From Methanothrix sp. (GTDB lineage: Archaea; Halobacteriota; Methanosarcinia; Methanotrichales; Methanotrichaceae), in assembly GCA_037128175.1 (NCBI GenBank), contig JBAXWY010000047.1, positions 1 through 23,448 of the forward strand: DNA of 23,448 nucleotides. Reading direction: 5' to 3'. The notes beneath the pieces were generated by a model. It saw only the letters and a program-made list of their open reading frames with translations. It did no database searches and was not told the origin of the DNA. The translations under genes and the position numbers were made by a program. Shown here one piece after another: positions 1 to 7,967 of the stretch (its first letter is position 1; each line of letters opens with the position of its first letter).

Positions 1-20
1 ATCTCTGCCAATCAACGGCT

Positions 21-54
21 AGAAGCCCCGTCCTTCAGGGCGGGGAGAAGTCAC
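21..54 (+). mobile_element. Right end of an IS200/IS605-family element (tnpB-type), remainder upstream of the window
   Basis: AGAAGCCCCGTCCTTCAGGGCGGGGAGAAGTCAC contains a GC-rich subterminal hairpin (CCCCGTCCT 26-34 / AGGGCGGGG 37-45) followed a few nt later by a terminal TCAC (51-54), the usual layout of IS605-group right ends. No transposase ORF lies in the window. Confidence 0.7.
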
Positions 55-85
55 TTAATGTATCTGAAAGTGCTAGTGCAGTCTT

Positions 86-718
86 ATGTTACTCCTGGGA
101 GCAGACGAAGCCGGAAAAGGCCCCGTCATCGGCTCCATGTTCGTGGCCGGCCTGGTAATCGAGGAGGATAGGCTCTTCGATCTGGCCGGCTTTGGGGTCA
201 AGGACTCCAAGCTTCTCGCGCCGGCAAAAAGGGAGATACTGGCCAGAAAGATCTTTGGGATTGCCACCGACCAATATATCCTGGAGGTGAAGGCCCAGGT
301 CATCGATGAGCTTCGACTTGTTATGACCATGAACGATATCATGGTGAGAAGCTTCTCAACGGTTGTGGCAAAGCTGCATGCCGACCGGGCTATTCTCGAT
401 GCTGCCGATGTAAATGCAGAACGGTTCAGAGATCGAGTGAAGGCCGCGAGCAAAACCACCATGGATCTTGTGGCCGAGCACAAAGCCGACCAGCGTCACC
501 AAGTCGTCTCGGCTGCTTCCATCCTGGCCAAAGTGCGGCGGGATGCATCCATGCGGGAGCTGGAGGAAGCCATGCACTGCAAGATTGGCAGCGGCTATCC
601 CCACGATCAGGATACCATAAATTTCTTGAACGAATGGGTGAAGGAAAACCGGTGTCTCCCGCCCTGCGCCAGGCATAGCTGGGCAACAGCGCAGCGTATA
701 AAAGCTAGTTTTATATAG
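86..718 (+). CDS. rnhB: Ribonuclease HII
   Basis: Motifs GADEAGKGPVIG, DSKLL, ILDA, EHKAD, SAASILAKVRRD and GSGYPHD; 210 aa. Confidence 0.97.
   Translation: MLLLGADEAGKGPVIGSMFVAGLVIEEDRLFDLAGFGVKDSKLLAPAKREILARKIFGIATDQYILEVKAQVIDELRLVMTMNDIMVRSFSTVVAKLHADRAILDAADVNAERFRDRVKAASKTTMDLVAEHKADQRHQVVSAASILAKVRRDASMRELEEAMHCKIGSGYPHDQDTINFLNEWVKENRCLPPCARHSWATAQRIKASFI
700..717 (+). promoter_or_regulatory. Putative archaeal BRE/TATA promoter for the aminotransferase, overlapping the rnhB 3' end
   Basis: A-rich run followed by TTTTATATA (709-717), about 40 nt upstream of the ATG at 757. Confidence 0.5.
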
Positions 719-756
719 GCTGCCTGAAACTAAAGGCGAAAAGAAGAAGGGATCTC

Positions 757-1902
757 ATGGATATAGAGGATACTTTGCTCATGATTCCAGGGCCGGTCAA
801 GGTCGCGCCTCGCGTTCTACGCGCCCTGTCCAAGCCTATGATCAGCCACCGGAGCGGTGACTTTAGCGTGATTTACAGCGACTGCTGCAAACTTCTCAAG
901 CAGTTCTTCGAGACCAAGAACGAGATAGTAGTAATGACCGGTAGCGGCACAGTGGGCATGGACGCCGCTGTTGCCGGCCTCATCGGCCATGAAGACAAGA
1001 TCGTAACCATATCCAATGGCAAGTTCGGGGAGCGGTTCACCGAGATTGGCGAACGATATGGCAAAGCCATTCCCGTGAAGTTCGAATGGGGCACTCCTTT
1101 CGACCTGGACAGAATAGAGGCCGCGCTGGAAGGGGGCGCCAAGGCCGTGGCCATGGTTCACAATGAGACCTCGGTGGGCCTCACCAACCCTGCCAAAGAG
1201 GTAGGCAAGCTGGCCCGGAAGCATGATGCAGTCTTTATCGTAGACGGCATATCCTCCATCGGCGGCAACGAGTTCTTCACAGACGAGTGGGGCATAGACA
1301 TTGCCATCACCGGCTCGCAGAAGGCTCTGGCCGTGCCGCCCGGCTTGGCTGTGGTTTCCACCTCTCCAAAGGCGGAGGAGCGTTTCTTGCCCAAGAGCGC
1401 TAGCTACTACTCCGACCTGAAGGCGCACCTGAAGAGCGTGCGAAAGAGCCAGCCCCAGACGCCCTTTACCCCGGCGGTGTCGCTGTTCTTCGCCATGCAG
1501 GAGTCCCTGCACATGGCAGCCGAGGAGGGCTTTGCCGCCCGCCGGGCCAGAACTGCAAAGCAGGCGGAATCAGTCCGCTCCGCGGCTAAGGCGCTGGGAA
1601 TCGAGCTGTTCCCCCAGGTGAATGAGCACTCCCACTACTCCAATACCGTCACGGCCATGAAGATGCCCGAGGGAGTAACGGACGACAAGCTACGAGGCGG
1701 CATGAAAAAACAGGGCGTAATCGTATCCGGCGGGCAGGATCTGCTCAAGGGCAAGATCTTTCGCATCGGCACCATGGGCATGTGCTCTTCCAGCGACATC
1801 CTGCGAACCATTCAGACTTTGGAGCTGATCCTGGTCAAGGAAGGGAAGATCGCTTCATGCGGCGCGGGAGTCGAGGCAGCGAGCACTGTGCTGGAAAGTT
1901 GA
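757..1902 (+). CDS. Class V PLP-dependent aminotransferase (serine-pyruvate/alanine-glyoxylate/aspartate aminotransferase-like)
   Basis: Motifs LLMIPGP, SHRS, GSGT, VHNETSVG, IVDGISS, TGSQKAL (PLP lysine), TPFTP and FRIGTMG. Confidence 0.93.
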   Translation: MDIEDTLLMIPGPVKVAPRVLRALSKPMISHRSGDFSVIYSDCCKLLKQFFETKNEIVVMTGSGTVGMDAAVAGLIGHEDKIVTISNGKFGERFTEIGERYGKAIPVKFEWGTPFDLDRIEAALEGGAKAVAMVHNETSVGLTNPAKEVGKLARKHDAVFIVDGISSIGGNEFFTDEWGIDIAITGSQKALAVPPGLAVVSTSPKAEERFLPKSASYYSDLKAHLKSVRKSQPQTPFTPAVSLFFAMQESLHMAAEEGFAARRARTAKQAESVRSAAKALGIELFPQVNEHSHYSNTVTAMKMPEGVTDDKLRGGMKKQGVIVSGGQDLLKGKIFRIGTMGMCSSSDILRTIQTLELILVKEGKIASCGAGVEAASTVLES

Positions 1903-1923
1903 TCTGCCGATAAATAGCATTCA

Positions 1924-1936
1924 TTCTTCTTTTTTT
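1924..1936 (+). terminator. Putative archaeal oligo-T terminator
   Basis: TTCTTCTTTTTTT about 22 nt after the stop codon at 1902. Confidence 0.5.
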
Positions 1937-2010
1937 GGGCCAAGAACTGGGCATTTTCAGCAGATGATATCACAGTCTTAATTTGGTGAGAATACGCCAT
2001 CCCAAAAGGG

Positions 2011-2027
2011 CAAAAAGACTTTATAAG
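2011..2027 (+). promoter_or_regulatory. BRE/TATA promoter of the four-gene tubulin-linked operon
   Basis: CAAAAAGA (BRE-like) directly followed by TTTATAAG (2020-2027), upstream of the large ORF. Confidence 0.6.
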
Positions 2028-2099
2028 TAGGTATGCATGCAGTAGAATATATTCTTGATTTCATGGGGGTCGAAGCTGTTGAGTGGATTAAAGGCAGAA

Positions 2100-5000
2100 A
2101 TGCGCACTGAATTATCAAATCGGGGCTTATCACTATGCAAGAAAGTAGGAAGAGAGCAACTTAATCTCACATTATTGCTAGTATTAGTAAGCATAATTTC
2201 TGCTTTATCCCTTGCCGCACCATGTGCGGCCCAGAGCGGCTATGAAATCAGAAGCGCCATAGTTACTCCGGAATATGGCTATGAGGATTTCACCTACTCC
2301 GCCCAGGTATGGATGAGCGAGGAGGCAGCCAGCAAATTAGGCGTCATTGCCGTCACCAAATTTAGCCTGAAAATGAATATCTACGACCAAAATCAGTTGG
2401 TTTACTCAGAATCCTCTCCCAGCCAAACGGGCATGAGTAAAACCTCTTTCGTCTTCGGGCCCTACAGCTTCAAGGATAGATTCGGCATAAACCGCACCAG
2501 TAATGCTACCTTTGAATTGATCTTCTATGCCGGCGGGCAGCAGGTCGCAAAAACTGCCAGAATAAAAGGGCCTATCGTCCAGCCGCCCACATTAACCGGC
2601 TCCCCCAGCTTTGAGAAGAAACCTTATTTCTTCCAGGGGATTGCAGTCTCAGCCGGTTTCAAAGACATGGACGGGTTAAACCCCAAGCCCACATGCCATC
2701 TGGAGATCACAGGCCCGCTGGACCGCGCAGAATCCAGGAGCTGGACCACAGCCGACGTTTCTTGCCAGGCAACGGGGAAGAGCACATATTCCTGCACTGT
2801 GGCTGAGGATCTATCCAGCTACAGAAATGGAGGAGAGTTCACTTTCAAGCTGGTCTACAACAACCTTAAGCTTGACCCCCTGACCTATGGACCCTACAAT
2901 ATATCTCTTCAGCCCTACAATCCCGTGGTCGAAAAATTAGCTGTTGCCAAGCTATTGGATTATACCAACTTCACCATTCAAGCTTACGTCAAGGACGCCG
3001 GGGCCAAGATGGTAGGAGGCACGCCGGACGGCAGCGTGGCCAGCCTGGTAATCAGCCATCCCCAGAAAGGCGAAATGACTTATACCTCATCTGAGCCCGC
3101 TGTGCGGGGCAGCAGCCTGGTCTACGAGTGGACCAATGATAATATCCCTGCCCTCTTCAACCGGAGCGATGTGCAGCTCGCTAAGAATGCGCCCTTCCAG
3201 GCCAAAGTGGTGTACAAGAACGAAAACTGGGATTACCAAGCTGAAAAGTCCAATATCACCTTCAAAGTAGTGGAAGAGATCCCCAAACTGGAACTGCAAT
3301 ATCCCTCAACCGTTTATGTAAGGGCTGGCGAGAGCACCACCCAGGATATAATTGCCACAGTTACCTTTTCCAAGGGTTTGGGAGATATGAATTTCATGCT
3401 GTCGGGCCCGGATCAGGACCAGAACTCTACGGAAAAGGCAGTACCCTTGGGGGGAGGCAGGTACCAGTTCAAGAGACAGGTCGCTTTCGACGACCGGCAT
3501 ATCAATAACAACTACACTCTCGCATTATCCTTTGTCCACCCTACGCTTGAAGGCGGCAGGTATGCCTTTGAGGATAAAATCATTAGAGTCGTACCGCTTT
3601 CAGTGCAGTTTTCCCAAGGACTTGTGTCCCCAACTACGGGTCTGTGGAACGAAAGCTACACCTATTCCCTGAAGATCGATACTACCATTGTACCTCTCGA
3701 AGTTCGTATCCAGACTTACGACCCCTGCAGCAGCGAATGGACGGACAAGGGGGCCCAGAAAGCGACGGCTGAATCGTCATTGTTAAATTGGACTCTCTCG
3801 CCTTTTGGCTATGAATGCAAAGAGATGCAGCAGGAAGGAGCCAAGTATCGTTTCAAGGCCAGCTTTGCAGGAAATGATTACTCCTCAAAGCCCTACCAGG
3901 GCCCGACTTTCAAAGGAGCAAGACCCGTCCTCATCTCCCTGGACAGCGATCCCGTGGTCTATGTCTCCGAGGGCAGCGAATCTTCCAGCAGCATTCAGGC
4001 TGTAGTGGAATATGGAGCCGGCCAGGGCCAGGCCGTTCTCAGGCTAAATGGGCCGGAAAAGAGTATCGAGGAGACAAGCCAGGGAATAGCTCTGGGTGGC
4101 AATCGGTATCGGTACGATTGGAGCCTGCCCTTTGAAGAGACAGATATAAACAAGAGTTTCAATTATACCATCAGCTACAAGCACACAAGCCTTGCCGCAG
4201 AGTTCCTGCTGGCAGAAAAGTCAATTGATGTCAAAGCAATATCAATCAACTTTGGCGATGCGACCGTGTCGCCTGCAAAAGGCAAATGGAATGATACCTA
4301 TACCTACTCGGTGCCAGTGAAGAGCAGCGTGGCGATGAAGGTGGCACTGGAGGTCTATAATCCCTGCAGCAAGGAGTGGGTGGAGCGAGCCTTTGGCACT
4401 GCTTTGCCCGGAGAGACTGTTGTCAATCTCACGGCCAGGCCCTTCAAGTACAAATGCGCCGAAGCGGAAGGAAAACAGGTTAGCTACCGCTTTGTGGCCG
4501 GATTTGCAGGAGCGAGATTCGAATCCGAGGTATATTCGGGACCGTTTATCAGTGGAGGCAAACCGGAACTGGTATCACTGGACTATACACCGATAATTTA
4601 TGTGACTGAGGAGGTTCCCGTTTATCAGGTGGTAAAGGCAATAGTGGACAGTCCCCTGGGACCGGGCGCTGTGGCCTTGAGCGTCAACGGCCCGGAGATG
4701 AACTTTACCGAGGAGGTCAAAGGGACCTTCTTGAGCGGGCAGAGGTACGCTTACACCTGGTCCATTCCCTTTAGCGTCGATAACGCCGGAAACCATACCT
4801 TATCGCTGCGCTACCTGCATCCTGAGATCGCAGGCGGCGAGATCTCTTTCCCGGAGCAGAGCATGAGGGTTAAAACGGAAGTAATAAAGAAAGAAGAACT
4901 AATTAAATTTGATCAGGCATCTGTTACACCCGCCAACGGCTCGATCTTCACCGGATTCGCTTATTGTGTGAATGTGACATCCAATCAGGAAAATTATGAT

Positions 5001-5768
5001 GTGGAGCTTTTCACGCAGGAGCCCGGCTCAACCAAATGGATCTCGCAGGGTACTATTCCCTACAACGGCACATCTCAAGTCCTCTGCTGGCCGGAGGTCG
5101 TGATTGATGGATCGCATTACGGAACGGCAAAGTACAGATTTAGCAGTGGATTGTCGGCCTCGCAGATCTTCGAAGGCCCGAGCATTGAGCCGGTAAGCTT
5201 CATGAACGCCACAATAAGCCCGACCCACGGCCCTCTTTACATAACAAACCCGCTCCTGGGCGAGATATCCCGGGTATACATGTACACCATCAGCGTGCAG
5301 TTCATGAAGCCCCTGGCAGGCAACATGAAAGAGGTAAAGCTGGAGGTCTACGATCCGTCCTCTGAATCATGGCTCTATGCCGGCAGCCAGACTTATGATA
5401 CCTCCAAGACCAAGATTGTATTCAAGGTCAATTTTGCAGGTCTGCCATTCCAGGAGCCCTTCCTGGGAGAGACAAAGTACAGACTGCTGGCTTACAGCGA
5501 GAATCTGGGCGAATTTGCCGGGCCGACCATTGATGTGAACCTGAGAAATGAGCAAGCAATCGCACAGGGCAAGAATTACACCTATCAGCTTGAGGTGAGG
5601 TCAAGTCTGCCCAAGGTCAATGTTGCTCTGGCTTATACCAAGAACAATGTCAATTGGCTGAAAGGAGACAAGAGGACCTATGAATCCTCTAACCAGGAAT
5701 GGAAAGCCCTGAAGTGGGAGAAGTATCCCAAGCACTATGCTTACGAGTTTGAGGTAGACTATGTTTAG
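2100..5768 (+). CDS. Large secreted beta-rich repeat protein (putative cell-surface glycoprotein); ORF is open from TTG 2055, ATG 2100 preferred
   Basis: N-terminal hydrophobic signal (LTLLLVLVSIISALSLAAPCAA), three internal repeats of about 213 aa, many N-x-S/T sequons, paired cysteines and no C-terminal anchor. Confidence 0.85.
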   Translation: MRTELSNRGLSLCKKVGREQLNLTLLLVLVSIISALSLAAPCAAQSGYEIRSAIVTPEYGYEDFTYSAQVWMSEEAASKLGVIAVTKFSLKMNIYDQNQLVYSESSPSQTGMSKTSFVFGPYSFKDRFGINRTSNATFELIFYAGGQQVAKTARIKGPIVQPPTLTGSPSFEKKPYFFQGIAVSAGFKDMDGLNPKPTCHLEITGPLDRAESRSWTTADVSCQATGKSTYSCTVAEDLSSYRNGGEFTFKLVYNNLKLDPLTYGPYNISLQPYNPVVEKLAVAKLLDYTNFTIQAYVKDAGAKMVGGTPDGSVASLVISHPQKGEMTYTSSEPAVRGSSLVYEWTNDNIPALFNRSDVQLAKNAPFQAKVVYKNENWDYQAEKSNITFKVVEEIPKLELQYPSTVYVRAGESTTQDIIATVTFSKGLGDMNFMLSGPDQDQNSTEKAVPLGGGRYQFKRQVAFDDRHINNNYTLALSFVHPTLEGGRYAFEDKIIRVVPLSVQFSQGLVSPTTGLWNESYTYSLKIDTTIVPLEVRIQTYDPCSSEWTDKGAQKATAESSLLNWTLSPFGYECKEMQQEGAKYRFKASFAGNDYSSKPYQGPTFKGARPVLISLDSDPVVYVSEGSESSSSIQAVVEYGAGQGQAVLRLNGPEKSIEETSQGIALGGNRYRYDWSLPFEETDINKSFNYTISYKHTSLAAEFLLAEKSIDVKAISINFGDATVSPAKGKWNDTYTYSVPVKSSVAMKVALEVYNPCSKEWVERAFGTALPGETVVNLTARPFKYKCAEAEGKQVSYRFVAGFAGARFESEVYSGPFISGGKPELVSLDYTPIIYVTEEVPVYQVVKAIVDSPLGPGAVALSVNGPEMNFTEEVKGTFLSGQRYAYTWSIPFSVDNAGNHTLSLRYLHPEIAGGEISFPEQSMRVKTEVIKKEELIKFDQASVTPANGSIFTGFAYCVNVTSNQENYDVELFTQEPGSTKWISQGTIPYNGTSQVLCWPEVVIDGSHYGTAKYRFSSGLSASQIFEGPSIEPVSFMNATISPTHGPLYITNPLLGEISRVYMYTISVQFMKPLAGNMKEVKLEVYDPSSESWLYAGSQTYDTSKTKIVFKVNFAGLPFQEPFLGETKYRLLAYSENLGEFAGPTIDVNLRNEQAIAQGKNYTYQLEVRSSLPKVNVALAYTKNNVNWLKGDKRTYESSNQEWKALKWEKYPKHYAYEFEVDYV
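3282..5189 (+). repeat. Three tandem, diverged protein-level repeats of about 213 aa (two-domain A+B unit)
   Basis: Units begin at about 3282 (PKLEL..VYV), 3924 (PVLIS..VYV) and 4563 (PELVS..IYV). Shared motifs: L[SN]GP, L[GS]G.RY, V[ST]P..G, YTY, [YQ][DNE]P.S..W, YRF and a terminal GP. Confidence 0.85.
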
Positions 5769-7320
5769 GCGGCTGATTACTGCCATCCTGGCATTACTGC
5801 TCATTGCAGGCATATCTCAAGCCGGAGAGGTCTTGGGCGGAGGCGATTCTAGCGGTGGAGGCGACAGCGGAACGGCTTCCGTCTCATCGAGTGGCGGCGG
5901 GGGTGGCAGCAGGCAAATCGATATTGATAGATTGATTACAACAGTGAAGGACGGAAAGAAAAGCAAGCCTGCCAAGTTCGAGGAGCTCCGGACCTTATTG
6001 TGGAAGGATCCGATCACAAGCGAAGAATACCAAATGCCAGTCGTGCTGATGTATTACAAAGGAAACAATACCACAGTCAGCCGGAATCAGCCCCTTGAGA
6101 TCATAACGGTTGCCACCAATAACAATCCCCTGGAGATGCGCCGTATGCTTGACCTTTATCTGGAGGTAAAAGAGCCGGGTTCGAGTAAGTACGAGCGCAT
6201 CAACTCCTGGCCGGAGAAGATTCAGACCAACGAGTATAGCGAAAAGACTAACACCACCTTGAGAATCTGGGGCATGCTGCCTTCATTTTCTAACCTCAAG
6301 AATGTGGGTGTTGTGAAGGTGCGCGCCAATGTGAGCGACGGCGTCAATAAATGGAGCACGGCAAGCTACTCCGGGTTGAAACCGCCTTACTACTCGGAAT
6401 TGGTCTTCAATGTAACGAACAGCCTGCCGGTCATGAGCGACTTCGATGTAATCCCAGGGGGCCTTGTAAGGTATAATGATCCCATCGAGTACAAGGCTGA
6501 TATTGCCGATGTAGATGGAGATTTGCTCAATGTGACGCTGCACATCCTTGATGAGAATGGTGTCGAGCTGAAGAATGAAACACTGAACTTGAAGCCAGGT
6601 CCTGTCAGCTTCAAGGCCAATGAATATGGATTCTTTAAAGAGGCTGACGCAGGCAGGAACTTTACCTACTACTACAGCTATGATGATGGCATTGATTTCA
6701 TCAGCAAAGATCCTGCAGATCCATTAAAAGGACCCAATATCCGCAAGGGTCCAAAGCTCTCCGTGGATAAGCTGGGCTTTTCCACTACCAGCGAGAATTA
6801 TTACTGGTGGGAGAAGTACGGATTCAATCTGAGAGTAAAGAATCTGAACCCTGAAACGTACGACGTAGCCTTTACCCTGAGCACCAGGACCGGTAACAAT
6901 GAATGGAATACAGTGGAGACGAAGACGGTCAGAATAGGACCCGATCCCGTCGAGGTGAACTTCAATAACACCAAACCCTTCCAGGTTACCGATGCCGGGC
7001 AGACTTTTTATTACAGAGTGAAGTACTCGGAGTACGATCAGAGCGGCAAGGACGCCATGGAGCAGACGGGTGTTCAGATCAACGGCAAGATCGTGCCCTA
7101 CAGTATCTATAATCCGGTAATGGTCCTGAATTTAGTACCGATGCTTTTCCTTATACTAATGGGTAGCTTTTTCATAGAAAGAAAGCTTAAAAAAGGAATT
7201 GAGTCTCATGAAAGCGCATCAGGCAAAGCAGGGGACAGGAAGAGCAATAAACAAGAACGCAAGGGCAAATCTGGTGGAAGCTTTGCTGGCAAAGTTCTCA
7301 AAATGTTGAGGAGGGACTAG
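5761..7320 (+). CDS. Exported beta-rich protein with a C-terminal transmembrane anchor and basic cytoplasmic tail
   Basis: Signal peptide MFRRLITAILALLLIAGISQA, Gly/Ser linker, TM segment VMVLNLVPMLFLILMGSFFI, then a K/R-rich tail. The start overlaps the upstream stop by 8 nt. Confidence 0.85.
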   Translation: MFRRLITAILALLLIAGISQAGEVLGGGDSSGGGDSGTASVSSSGGGGGSRQIDIDRLITTVKDGKKSKPAKFEELRTLLWKDPITSEEYQMPVVLMYYKGNNTTVSRNQPLEIITVATNNNPLEMRRMLDLYLEVKEPGSSKYERINSWPEKIQTNEYSEKTNTTLRIWGMLPSFSNLKNVGVVKVRANVSDGVNKWSTASYSGLKPPYYSELVFNVTNSLPVMSDFDVIPGGLVRYNDPIEYKADIADVDGDLLNVTLHILDENGVELKNETLNLKPGPVSFKANEYGFFKEADAGRNFTYYYSYDDGIDFISKDPADPLKGPNIRKGPKLSVDKLGFSTTSENYYWWEKYGFNLRVKNLNPETYDVAFTLSTRTGNNEWNTVETKTVRIGPDPVEVNFNNTKPFQVTDAGQTFYYRVKYSEYDQSGKDAMEQTGVQINGKIVPYSIYNPVMVLNLVPMLFLILMGSFFIERKLKKGIESHESASGKAGDRKSNKQERKGKSGGSFAGKVLKMLRRD

Positions 7321-7322
7321 GA

Positions 7323-7967
7323 ATGCCCATCGATATCTCAACTGCAATGAATAGCCTATTTCCAGCAGGCACATTGCTCCTGGCATTATTGCTGATTTTT
7401 GCAGCAATTTTGCACATTAATAATCTAAATCGTGTCCACAAGCTTATGTCCATCCTGCAGCATAAAAAAGATGTCTCTAAGGCACTTCTTTATAAAGAGA
7501 TGACTGTTTCACAGGGCTCAAACTTCACAGCTTTAGCCCTGGCATCATGGATAATGCTCTTTGTGGCCGTAGCCTATCTTTACCTGCTGGTTCCGACCAT
7601 CCTTCCCTATAGCTACATGAATATCGCCGAATTGGCCTCCTGTAACTGGGGATTTGGCATCTTCGGCATTCTGGCAGCCGGTTTTGTGGCGGCGATTATT
7701 CTCTTACTAGATAAGCTTCCTGAAGATCGCAGAGAATTAAAGCTAATGGAATTGTATAGCTTTTATTCCATCTCCAAAGTCGTGAAGAAAATGATCGGCA
7801 TGGCGGTCATTGCCTTATGCATCTCCGTAATGCTATCTGCCTATATCGGAACCATTTATCCGGCCCATTCGCAGCCTGCCGAAATTTTGAGCCTGATGCT
7901 TATGGTTGTATCGGCCGGAGTACTTGTCATGCCTATTTATAGAGAGGCCTGGGAGGCGAGAAGATGA
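7323..7967 (+). CDS. Polytopic membrane protein of unknown function (about 5 TM helices)
   Basis: Five long hydrophobic stretches; starts 2 nt after the upstream stop and has an ATGA overlap with the next gene. Confidence 0.85.
   Translation: MPIDISTAMNSLFPAGTLLLALLLIFAAILHINNLNRVHKLMSILQHKKDVSKALLYKEMTVSQGSNFTALALASWIMLFVAVAYLYLLVPTILPYSYMNIAELASCNWGFGIFGILAAGFVAAIILLLDKLPEDRRELKLMELYSFYSISKVVKKMIGMAVIALCISVMLSAYIGTIYPAHSQPAEILSLMLMVVSAGVLVMPIYREAWEARR

Noticed and set aside
817-1512. 231-aa minus-strand ORF
   Set aside because: Antisense to the aminotransferase; no motifs.
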